Assembly: GCA_000934665.2 (NCBI GenBank)
Contig: JYFJ02002399.1
Span: 1-57,528, forward strand
Direction: 5' to 3'
Length of the DNA stretch: 57,528 nt
DNA from: Catajapyx aquilonaris
Lineage: Eukaryota
In this document: piece by piece, positions 1 through 57,467 of the stretch
How positions within the stretch are numbered: the first letter of the stretch is position 1
Layout of the letters: each line of letters begins with the position of its first letter
Program-made: the position numbers and the translations under genes
The notes under the pieces: generated by a model
Told to the model about the DNA's origin: nothing
The model's database searches: none
The model's input: the letters and a program-made list of their open reading frames with translations, nothing else

Positions 1-3000
1 AATGCCTTCACGGACATGTAGAGTTTCTTGGATTGTTTGCTCTTGTACGCGAGAAACTTTCTCTTGGAGCCAATTTTCATGAAAGGAGGTAAATGCGGCT
101 GTAAAACAAAAAAAGCGAGTGTTCGCTGCAACTGAACTCAGCTTCAATTTTCCACCTGTACGAGCTGCAGTATATTTGTTCGTGGTACTGTATACTGCAG
201 TCATACATGGACCGTACGTATTAGCTTAAAGTGTAGATTCCAGGGCAACATTAACAGATAAACAAGCTTGATTTTGTGGCCTTAGAGCCGCCTGCTCGTT
301 TCCCAGTTTGTTTGTTATGGCCGCACATAAATCGAGTCGGAGGCGTGCAATTTCCATACACAATGCATCGCGATAAGACAATGTAATATATGCGGCTGTT
401 ATTCCACTCTGTCTCTGCCACGTACAGAAGTGGGTCGCACTGCATACGGATTTTATTCATTAGAGTCTTTGATCACACAGACCCCCGGCGTTTCCATGGC
501 TTCTTATTCGAAGGGACTGAAAATGTGCAACAAGGACTGAAAAATCAGAAGCTCATAAATCAATTCATAACGTAATTTTGGTCCAGGAAAGACGATGAGC
601 CGTGGAAAAAGTCAGGCCTATTCGAGAAGAAAAGAGAGAGACGATGGGGGTTGAAGGCAGTTGAAGGCGATCCAAAGCAGGGGCTGGTTGAGACGGGAAA
701 AGGGCGGAAGGAAATTAGGGATTACAATCTGCTGATAGAAGTCATCCGTCTTGAAAGAATGATAAAGGGACAAGAGAGGGGGGGTGAAACTCAATGGAAA
801 GGAAGGAGTGGTGCAATCCAATTTCCCGCAGGAGACACCTACGGCTTTGTGTCCATTAGTCCATGGGCATTAGGGGCAACTTCTACTACTTCTTCTAAGG
901 CATAACAAATGGATTCGATTACATTTGTTCTCTACCTGCATCCCTTATTGCACCAGGGGCCAAAGAACCTCTTGCTTGGCTGGGGTCCCAAAGAGGGTCA
1001 ATTTTTTTTATCTCCTGGTCAATGGGGGGATTTCTTAATACTGGTCAATAAATTCGGGATCAGACTAGGGCGGGCCTTTAAAGAAGAAGAGCACATTGAT
1101 TGGTTTCACATCGTAAGAAATAGAGATCCGGCGATGTGGAACAACCGATTTCGATTTTTCGAAATGATTCGGACTTGGAATTTTTTTCCATCCTGTAAAA
1201 TTGCTGATTCGAGCTGAATCATTGATCACGAAGCCTTTTTCTATTCACAGTGGTGTACCGGCGGGAATCATATGCAAATGAACGATTGCGTTTTATGGAA
1301 TTAAAATTTGCACAAAGATTCCGCGGGTGAACGAGCGCTTCATTCTCCACTCGGAGCTTTGCATTACCTGCAAGTCAATTACGCAAGTGATTGTTCCGGG
1401 GATCATTTAATTACATTAAAAGCTGAATATGTTGCATGCCACGCTCCCTGCAATGCTTTTTCGTCACGACTGACCTCGCCTGCATGACAGCAATATTTTC
1501 AAACATGTATGGGAGCACTGCCAGGTGCGACGTGCTTGTTCGGACAGAATTATACCTCGCTTGAAGATTGACACCCACATTGAAAATTCATTACGTATAT
1601 ACGCATCTACAGTACACAGCAATTAGGCTGGGTGCGGTCTGGTTATTTACAAGTGCATATTGAGCACAGCATTATACAGAATCATCACACCCGGACTAGC
1701 ATATATCTGCTAAAAATACTGCAAGCAAATGGCAGGGTATAAATTAAAACCAAACAGTGTCCATAGTTTCAACATGATTATTACATGCCACAAAACCGCC
1801 TTCAATTTCTTTAACCTACCAAAATGGAAAAGAAGTAAAGCGTGCGGCAATAACTGTGAGCGAGAAATAACTCTATATGCCTCACGTTTTATGAACAAAA
1901 GAGGGCCATATATTCGTAATGTGCCTGAGGCTTTAATATCACTTTTTGTGATTGCTTCCTTCAGAAGCCTCCCGTGAGAGTCCCCCCCCCCCTAGTGTTT
2001 CATTCGGTTTCATTACCACGAAAAGGCGAAGGATTCGGAAAGAGTAGTCCATTCTGCCTCTAACTGCCGTTTATGGACCCACTAAACATCCCCGAATCAT
2101 AGAGCTCCTCCCCTGGAGATTCCCCTGGGGGGTCATATTTCAAATTGACGCCATCTGACGTCAACTGCGGTTCAGATCCCGCTAAGAATCTTAACGGCTT
2201 CTATCCGGTCGAGGTCACATTCGACCTCTCATCACATCATTGCGCAGACCAGTAACATCAGTTATCCCCAGTGTTTGTCGACGTGACACACCAAGAATCC
2301 TCCCGCATTTTTTATTGGCCTAAGGGAAAAGAATGGCGTTCGGAATTTGTGCCGCATAAAACTGATGTGTTCCTCTTTAAATTATTTAAGGCACAACCGT
2401 TTTGTTCCTCTCTCCGGAGGCACACCAGAGTTTAGATGAAGTTTGCTGTCGGGATTACTATCCCATAAGCTGCATGGCCAAAACTGGGAGCCAGATATAG
2501 AGTGGGCGGGTAGCTTTATTAATTGCTCCAAATATTGCCTGCTTCCGAAATTAATGAGTCCGGACCCCTGAAGGAGTACGGCAGCAGCTCCAGTTACCAA
2601 AGACTTTCTGCATCGCCCATTATGAAGAATATGCTCCTGCACAAGTTAAGACCTCATTCACGGGTTGATATTTCGGCCAGGCACAGATTACAAAAGCAAA
2701 AGGCGGTTTTATCGTCCCGCTTAAGCCGTGATTTACAAGCTTTGCGTCATATCCGCAGCCACCCGCCTCAACACATTAATCCCCGCTTGTATCACCTGTA
2801 CTGCCAAATGTCACCTGACTTTTGATACCCAGCAGCGGGGTCTTGTTTATTTAAAACGAGGCCCGCAAGTCGTGCGAGGGCCATTTTCCAGGCCCCAGGG
2901 CACATCGAGCGATAAATTACCGGCTGTTGGACCAAATTGCAAATGAATCGGTCGCATTACCGAGTTAAGAGCACAATTTGTTCGGGCAAAAAAAAGTTAC

Positions 3001-5728
3001 CATGTTGGGGTCGACGTAGTAATTCATATAAGGCTATAGGCTGGGTCCGGGCAGCAGCAGGCAGACGAACCCTGCGGGGACTTGTGCATCTGGAGGCCCA
3101 GTAATCTATCAGAATCTTCCCCAGGAGGCCGCTTCTGGTTTGCTTCCCAGACCAACCCAGGGGACTTTTCTCTAGGTTTCCTCTTAATTCGCTTTGCCTG
3201 TCTCCTCGTTATCGTCTGGCCAGCTGAGCACAATCAGAGTAATGACACTGAGCTGGATTTTTGTATCCAAATTAGCGGGGGATGTTATGGGGTGAGTAAT
3301 ATTTATTGCAGCGGGGTGAGGTGGTTGCGAGAACAAAACCCATGCGGGTCGTTAGTGGGACATTACCGAGGCATAAGTTAGCTGGTGGTGCAGGCGAGGA
3401 CTGGTATGTCACGTAGACACCGCAAAGTGTACAGAACGTCTTAGAGGAAAGGTTCACACGAAAATATTATACACTGCCTATATGGTTCAGAGGTGTATCT
3501 ATATTGGCATGTCCTGATCACAATCATGATAGAAATCAGAAATAGCTATCAAGATTGGCACATTTAAAATTATGTGGAAAGCAAGTTCCAATGGCCGCTC
3601 TCTTGTGTAAGAAGGGCTTAAAAGGGTGTCAGATAACTCACTTTTCAGTGGATGTTGTCAAAGTAAAAGAGATTGAAAAAGACTCTCCTGTTTGCGCAAG
3701 GAGTTGGGAAATTGAATTTTTTGTCATTGCAAACTTTGGGGGCGAAAGGGTTTCTTCATGGAATTCTGTCATGCTTTTTAAAGTTCATTTTGTGTTTTAC
3801 TAGTGAAACTCGCGTTACTTCTCTACGTAAATGAAGGAGTGTTTTGAAGGTGCCAACGAAATCTTGTTATCTGTGAAATCCCCGTGTTTCAGTAACTCCA
3901 CCAGTGGCGTACTTGTATAACAGAAGAAACCCGATTCGTTAATTTCCCTTGCCTCTTGCCAATCTAGTCTTAGACCTACTACATAAATAACAGTGCTAAT
4001 TAGAGAAACGAAATTTCATGGTAATGAAAAGATCCTTTTGTATATAGGATCATTTATATTATTCAAATAATGCGTGTACCGGTATATGCCTTTAAATGAC
4101 CAACCCAATTAATCCATAGCGAAGACAGTGTGGGAAGATAATCCTTTCATATTCATCACGAACTTGTACACTACTAATAAAGGAGATCTAATTATGAGAG
4201 CATAGCAACTCTGATGAGCTGACTATCGTATTTCATGGGATGCGAATTTGAATATTGTCGAGATGTCCAGTACAATGCGTGCAATAATTGCATTTTCATA
4301 AGTATATGAATAGTTATGTACCCACAGCACAAATTATTCTACATGAAAATTATACGACGCAGTCTACAGATTCTGCTCCGTAGCCCGGAAATCAAATTAT
4401 AATCCTATTAATTTTTGGCTTTTATGGAGCCGAAGGTACCAGAGCATATCGTTCAGTCCATGGTTAATTAGAGGAATGGAAAGTACTGATTTTAATAAAA
4501 TATACGTGTACGCCGTGTATTAGTGTGATACCAGGATTGCTTTTTGCAGAAAACGCCGCCTAGGCTTTTACTCCACATACACTTAAAACGTGTTGCACGA
4601 TTTTGAAATTGCCTTAATCTTTCTCTGAAATTGAGTTATATCCCTTTTTATAAACATGGGTTCTGTACATGACGGGGTCGCATGTCTATAGATAACCTGT
4701 CCGTAATTATCAAATTTGAATAAATTTTCCCGCAATCCGTGAGTGCATGCGTACGTCGCTCAGGGGAAAGAAGTCATTAACCGAAAAAATGAAGGACGCG
4801 GTTTGCGAAAAACATTTGACCCTTATTTAGAGATAATATATAATACTGGTGGAATCACCTAAATGAACCCGTTTAACTCTTTAAAAATTCTGTGCAATAT
4901 TCGACGAAGCTCATTTTTTATCCAGAATATTGAATAACAATCAATTTTATTGGACAATATTTTTTTCGATATGCGCGCCTATCTTAAATGCTTCACTGGC
5001 GTCTTTGGTCGTTGTTGGTTTGGATCCATCAATCAGTCCAAATTGTCGTTAACTGCACACAACCTTTGGCTGTTCGAATGACACCTGCAGGATTTTATCC
5101 TCGGTCACACAACATCTTCCAATTTTTGTCACCCGATTGTCCTAATTCCTTGCAACTATTTCAACCCGCAGGAAATTAATTTTCCTGCTGCATTTGACAT
5201 TCATCAAGCCACATACCCAAGCGGCTATCGATCCGAACCGGTTTTTATTTAATATCTCGTTGCATCCACGGAGATTGGATGTCTGCCTGGGAAAAGCGGT
5301 AGAAAATAATCGATGTGGGTGGATGGGTTGGATGGGTGGGTGGGATAGAAATAGACCCACACACACACACTTTGTGACAGAGTAGATTCCGATGTCTGTC
5401 GCCACCTGCCATTTTCTCTTGGGGTTGTCAAGCGAAGACGATCCAGGTTTCATACTGCAAGATGCTGGTCCCCGAGGGAAACTCTGGCATGTACAAGCTC
5501 TTCTAAAAGGCTGTCCCACACCTTTGATGGCTTGGATATAAGCCTGGGTTTGTTGATTGGCTTGGCCACTGTTGACACTGGCCTGCTTTTCTCCAATTAG
5601 CCCGCAAACGGGGGAGACAAAGCTGTGGGTGGCTCTTGATCACGTAGGTGCGACTACAAACTTCAAACGCTAATTACCTGGTCTAGTGGAAGAGCAAATA
5701 GACCAGGACACCCCACCAACACAAATGA

Positions 5729-5760
5729 CACACTTTGACCCCCCCACACTTTGACCCCCT
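5729..5760. repeat. 16-bp tandem duplication CACACTTTGACCCCC(C/T) x2
   Basis: Direct reading: units 5729-5744 and 5745-5760, one mismatch. Confidence 0.85.
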
Positions 5761-6785
5761 TGGCCACAAAAAATATGACCAGATTTAGTCAACATGATGG
5801 GATTTAATGTAACTTTGTTCCCGCAGCATGCAATGTTGCTACTCTTCAAACTGGTTGATGGAGAGGACAATTGCGCCACAGTATACAGTGCAAATTGTTG
5901 CAGTTCAGAGCCGCAATCCTGCGTCACTCTTTATTATGTATAGGGCCACTTCGGACGTTGTTTTCATGTGGTGTTCTAGTCGTAAATTACTATGGCTTGT
6001 GTTTTATGTGGGTGTAATACTATACATTGCACAACAAATTATGTCTTGGTCGTCGCACTGCGGATATCAATGTTGTATTAATATTCCGTTTGGAATTTAT
6101 TAGTCTGATGTTGTTGCGGCTATGATCCCACAAATCCTGTCAGTTTAGGCTCCGGTGAGCCCTTGTCAGGAACCAATTTGCAACTGACACTTTGCACAAT
6201 CCATAACGTCATGCTCAGTAATACGCATTTAGGGATCTCTAACTAAATGAACCGGTATAGCACAGTGTTAACAAAAACTACTAGGCTATTATTAGTGATA
6301 TTCTGCCAATTTGAGTGGTGGTCAATCTTTTCATGGGCAGTACCTTTCAATGTTACCATCCACCAGAGGCGCTGCCTTCCCCATTGCGCAGCCGCAGAAC
6401 GGAGGCAAAGTCATTTTTTACCAAATCATAGGATGCTATTAAAGTGGATGAGAACATGCAGAGAAACACTTTATATCCTGTTTATATCAATCTGCATTCC
6501 CTCTCTAATAAATGTCATGATCAAGCCGATTGGATTCCGCTTGTTTCGCCATTTCCAATCGAACCAAGAAGCTTGCACAATTGGATCAGTGTCCCCAAAT
6601 AACATTACCTCTCTCGCCTTCTTCTTTCGTATTGTACACACACACACCGCTTTTGCTTTCTGAGCTAGCAATTTCCTCTCGCTCCATTCTTTTATTTTCC
6701 AAGCAAGCTTTTTTTTTAAATGCCAATTTTCTCCTCAGAACTCTCTCTGCCAATCTATTCAGTCGTGTTCCTTTTGACTTTGCAG

Positions 6786-52554
<45,769 letters not shown>

Positions 52555-52582
52555 GAGGCCTGGCCCACTCCATAAGAAACAG

Positions 52583-52623
<41 letters not shown>

Positions 52624-54300
52624 CAAAATTTTTAAAAAATGAAAAAATCTACACATAACGTAATGTGAGACCTGCAGAGTAGTTGGGTGAGAAAAGGCCT
52701 CCAATGCAACATATCTAGAAACGTCTGAGAGAAACAAAAAGGACAGAGTGACCTCTCTTCGAAGCACCGGAGAGGTCAAAGGTTTCTTTCTTTCTGGAAA
52801 GCGTCGTGTGTGTGCGTCTTTCAAGCCACACTTTTAACACGCAAATGTTTTATTTTCTCCTCTGGTGTGGGTACCCTTTTCGTACTGGTTTCCAGAGAGG
52901 GTGGTAAAATATATATATATTTACTGTGCCAAAGACATTCTGTTCAAAAATGGATCAGGGAGGCATACTTTAAACTTGCAGTTTTTCTACCCGTAACTGT
53001 ATTTCTCTCTGGTATGTTGGAGGTGAGTACATATACCTAAGACGTTTATCCAGGAAGCAATAATATTTCTCAAAACTCAGTGTTGAACTAGGTTAAAAAC
53101 AAGAGAGAAACAACTGAGGAACTTTTCAATAAAATATTTGTGAACACTGATTGTTTACGACAGCAAAACAATTATGGTTAATTAATTGTTAATTATTGGC
53201 GAAAGGAGAAGCAATCGTAGAGGTACCCTGCATGGAGGGAGAGTACAATTTATGATATTTGTACAGTAACAGAATGACTGTGATCAACCAAAAACATATT
53301 TAATAAGAGCTAACCGTGTTCCTCTCATGTGAGACTTTTGAAAACAATTGGGTCACAATGAGCCCTGTGGTATAATATGAAATTATTGTATTTTCATGGG
53401 TTAAGATTGCATGTATAATTTCAGAAGAAATGTCAGATTATTTTATTTACTAAGTTAAGAAATGGGAGTAATATTTTCTGTAGCAGTGTATCTCCACTAT
53501 TGCTTCACCCCCTAAAATATAGTAATTTGGTACTTTGCAACACAAAAACAATGCTATGTCTTAAACAACGAAGTGTTTAATTCGAGTTGTGTGCAGATAT
53601 CTGGAGAGATTGCAAAAAAAATTTCCTTGTTGACTTGTAACCAATATTTTAGCTGAAGCTGTCACATATTTTATGTAAAGCTACAACCGTGATTTTAAAC
53701 TAGCACTTGGTCATTTTGCAACAGGTTTCCCTCTGTTACATGTAGAATTTGGTAATTCGCTATTTACGAGCCAATTATGCTTGCTTGCAAAGCTAGGAAA
53801 ACAGATGTAGACAATATTGACTGTTACGAATTACCATTGCAAATTTTAAATTAGAACATCTGTAAATATTTGTCAAATTTATGACACACAGTTACCTGAT
53901 TCAAACTCTGTTTTAGTCAAAAACTAAAGTAAATACAAATACGGCATTATTATACCCTCGTGTCGTACAGCCAATTGCTTTTTCAGAGCAGAGATCTGTG
54001 TGGTGTGAAATTACTTCAAACACTGTCATTGCCAACAATCCACGACTCAGACCAGTGCGGAAAGGGTATTAATGTTAACAAGAATGTCTTTTAAAAACAT
54101 TAAGCCGAGACTCTTGTACAGTGTATAAAATATTCCGTTGTGTCGATCCAGCAGGCCATAATGTAAGATAATCTATTAGAGCTGCCGTCTTCCAAAGTGG
54201 CATTTCTATCGGCGATTTCAGTCCAGTCGACCCCTTCCCTCGAGCCCAACACTAACTAATTAATACTCTAGTCATCCCCCCAAAAAAGTAGCTTACACGG
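52555..54300 (+). other. Probable mGluR 3'UTR; end not determined
   Basis: AT-rich sequence after the stop with no credible ORF; AATAAA at 53128-53133; TGTAAATA (Pumilio-type element) at 53861-53868. The right boundary is a guess. Confidence 0.5.
52587..52620 (+). repeat. (GA)17 microsatellite just after the stop codon
   Basis: Perfect dinucleotide run read directly. Confidence 0.97.
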
Positions 54301-55086
54301 AGCCAACTCTCTCTTCCTCGAAACCGTATAAAAGATTGCAGACGTAGAGTCGTATGGGGGTTGCATGTGTGCAGTTGCAGCGTCCTATGTCTCCTCCCTG
54401 CCAGGAGTCGTCGTTTTCGTGGGTTGTTTTTTTTCTCCTTCCCCCCGGCATTTGTACCGCGTACAAGTAGGTTTTATAACGAGTTAGTGAGTAGTGGCGG
54501 ATGTCATCTGTCAGAGAGGCACATGGAACCTCTGAGCCCTCTGCATCTGTCGCATTCCTTTACCTCCCCGACTCTATCTCTGCAAACTTGCACTCAATGA
54601 GGGCCCTCCTCAGTCTTTCATTCCTCCTATACTCACACAAAAATGGGGGCCCTGTTGTAGTAGGCCTTTATATAGGGCGAGGAAGAATTGCAGCCAAAAC
54701 ATATACCAAAAAAAAGAGTAAGTGAAAGTAACGTAAATTCCACGCACGCTTATAAGCAATGTCTACTCAAAGTATATCGCATCTGGGAGCGGTCCTTGCG
54801 ATAGTTCTTGTTGAGGCCAGTTTTTTGCGTTTGGTTTGCAGAATGTGTATATATAAAAACGAGTCTGCCAATATATTTTTTTTGGTTATTGCGGGGGTTG
54901 GGAAGGATTTGTTTATGTTCTGCTGACATTGTAGTTAACAGTTGAGTTAGAAAACAAATGTGCCAATTTATGTTGTTGTGAAGCAGTTGGTTTGGTCAAT
55001 GTACATTCCAGGAAAGTCAATAAATAACATGCATAGTTTGGACTTGCTGCACGTTTTGTCCTTTGTTTACAAGCAAAGTTGAAATA

Positions 55087-55200
55087 TTTGAATTCCCGCG
55101 GTGGGGGTAGTGACGTCACGTGCCGATCTGGCACCCCTGTCGCTTTTGCTCCTCTCCACCTGGCCACCCTGTTCAGTTTGAAAGGGACAAGATGGCGTCG
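55087..55200 (+). promoter_or_regulatory. Dense promoter-like motif cluster (CHR/E2F-like, CRE, E-box, two CTGGC..CCCTG motifs, YY1-type CAAGATGGCG)
   Basis: TTTGAA-TTCCCGC 55087-55099; TGACGTCA 55111-55118 overlapping CACGTG 55117-55122; CTGGCACCCCTG 55128-55139; CTGGCCACCCTG 55160-55171; CAAGATGGCG with ATG at 55192. CpG-rich compared with the flanks. Confidence 0.55.
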
Positions 55201-55390
55201 AACTGGAGAAGACTTCGCGTGGCAGACAGAGACTGGGTTTTGGCCCTTCAGACCTACAACAGGCCTCTCATCAGCATGGACCTAATTATGTATTATAGGT
55301 TACCATTATTTATGCAACCAGAGAATGGTACCAAAGTAATATTAAGAGATTGTGGCTTTCCGTAATGATATTTGACATATTTAGAATGTC

Positions 55391-55456
55391 TGTAACATAC
55401 TGTGAATGTATGAATAATAATAATGTAACATACTGTGAATGTATGAATCATAATAA
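55391..55456. repeat. 33-bp tandem duplication
   Basis: TGTAACATACTGTGAATGTATGAAT(A/C)ATAATAA at 55391-55423 and 55424-55456, one mismatch. Confidence 0.92.
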
Positions 55457-56267
55457 GTGGCAAACTCATTTCTGATTGTAATGAAATCCCTCTATGGAAT
55501 GAGACAATTTTGTTGTTAAATAAGTATATTTATAATAAACTCTGCATGGAATTTCTGCATTATCAACCTCCTGTCAGAGTTGCTGCCAAATTGGATCAGA
55601 GGATTTCAAATGCAAGCATTAGATTTAAAGCCAAGACCTGAAATGCAGAATGAGCAGTCATATTGGAATTACTTATGCTGGATGACCTGTCTCTACTTGG
55701 TACAATAATAAAAATAAACTGTACTGCTCCTGTTGTTTCCAGACTTGTTTTGGCATGACTGCTGAGTGAGCTCCAATCAACATCAAGTCAACTCAGCCTC
55801 TTCTGAAGACCTTCTAGAGACAGCTTCGTGGGATACGGACACTACTCCGCAACTGTGACGCCAGGTGCTAGATGGTTCTCGCCTGCGACACAGAGGAGAG
55901 TACGGCCAGTACTGTACTGTGCCGGACCTGGTTCGGGCTTCCGCCAACCATTTGGCTGGTGAGAGGGAAGCACTTAATTGTCAGTTACCCTGAGTAACTG
56001 CAGGGTAACAAAACAATTACAAACAATGCAATGATAATTACAGCCATTACACAATGAACATTGTTCAACGTGGTGACTTTTAACTTTACGACGGTGACAT
56101 ACGAAAAGTTCTTCCTCCGGTGACGTTGGCACTTTTTGTGACCATGTCACATTTTCAGTTATGTATAGAGTACATTTGGCCTTTATCTTTGAGACAATAT
56201 ATGGCTTGATTCCTTCTGTGATAAATGGCGTTTAGTTTGCATTTTTTGAGCAAACAGTACAATCATA

Positions 56268-57170
56268 AAAAAATAAATTGTGCACTGATGAGTAGTTGAG
56301 GCATAATTGTGTCCGTAGCACCGATCCTTGACCGGGTGCATAATTTATTTTTTCCTGGTCGTGCTACTTGCTGAAAGTTTTTTAAACTAAATGCCATTAA
56401 TCGTGGAAGGAATCAAACGAAGATGTCCTGAAATGTGAAGCCCATAGGTGCTATATTTCCCTACAATTATTCCCTAAAATTATTTGCACAGAGACAGTCG
56501 TAAAAAAACGAAAGAGGAGTGCTACCAGCCAACGGTTAGTCTGATTTAATTATTATGAAATAGCCTGTACGCTAAAATATACGGAACATTGAGAACTGTA
56601 ACAGACGATACAAAAAACACGAAGGTACATTAAAGTTGGGTGAAAACCCAACGGCGACAGTACGACTCGGCGTCGCTCATCTTGTCCTCCTTTGACCCAC
56701 AACAATATATGAGGTGGTAAACAACAACTGACGTTTCTAGGTGATGGCGTCATGAACAAGTGAAGTAATGACAGAAAAAATACGAGGTAAAAAAAATCAC
56801 AGCTCCAATCCTGTAGCAATGGGAACTGTGAGATTTTGAACATAGATCCGCACCATCCCACTGCACCTTCGGCCCGTTGAAGAAGGAACCGAATTCAGAA
56901 TAGTTATTGAGCAAAAAAATTGAGACGTATTTTTTGGTGGTTTTAAATTTTTTGCGGTGTTTTGAAGAGGAATTAAGTAAAAGTGTAAATGGTAGGAAAT
57001 CAAGTCATGACGGTGGGGATCTGTGTTCAAAATTTGGAAGCTCTACCTACAGCACAACTTGAGTTAGGGCGAATAAAAAAAACGTAACAAGAAGAAGAAG
57101 AAGAAGAAGAACAAGAAGTAGGAAAAATTCATTGTTGAAACATTGTTGAAATCTATGCTACGGTCTTTTT
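56268..57170 (-). mobile_element. Probable non-autonomous Helentron/DINE-1-like (HINE) element; boundaries approximate
   Basis: Subterminal inverted pair GTCCGTAGCA (56311-56320) / TGCTACGGTC (57156-57165); (TTC)n microsatellite just inside one end; internal 25-bp inverted repeat; 18-bp-stem hairpin at the other end; no coding capacity. Confidence 0.45.
57089..57118 (+). repeat. (AAG)n microsatellite: (AAG)7 AAC (AAG)2
   Basis: Read directly. Confidence 0.93.
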
Positions 57171-57467
57171 ATTAATAGTCAATACTGGTACTGGCTATCG
57201 TCCTTAAAATATTGTCAACGGTGCATAATGAGGCAGGCCTAATCTGCACGCTTGTATGGTAACTTTTGGGCAACTGCACCAGACTCCAACTAGGGGTGGG
57301 CAGCAAGAAATGCCACACACGAGTAGTTCCGTGAAACCCTGCCTGAAGTGGTCAGCAGAATGGCCAGCTATGTATAAGATTTGAGAAATAAGCAATAATT
57401 ATTTTAATCAATTCAAACATGTCAATCAAAGTATATAGAACTCCCCAGGTAGGGCGCTCCGAGCGCT

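Noticed and set aside
56281..56340. C/D box snoRNA (TGATGA after a terminal stem)
   Set aside because: No CTGA D box at the 3' end (TTGA instead) and only about 50 nt between the stems.
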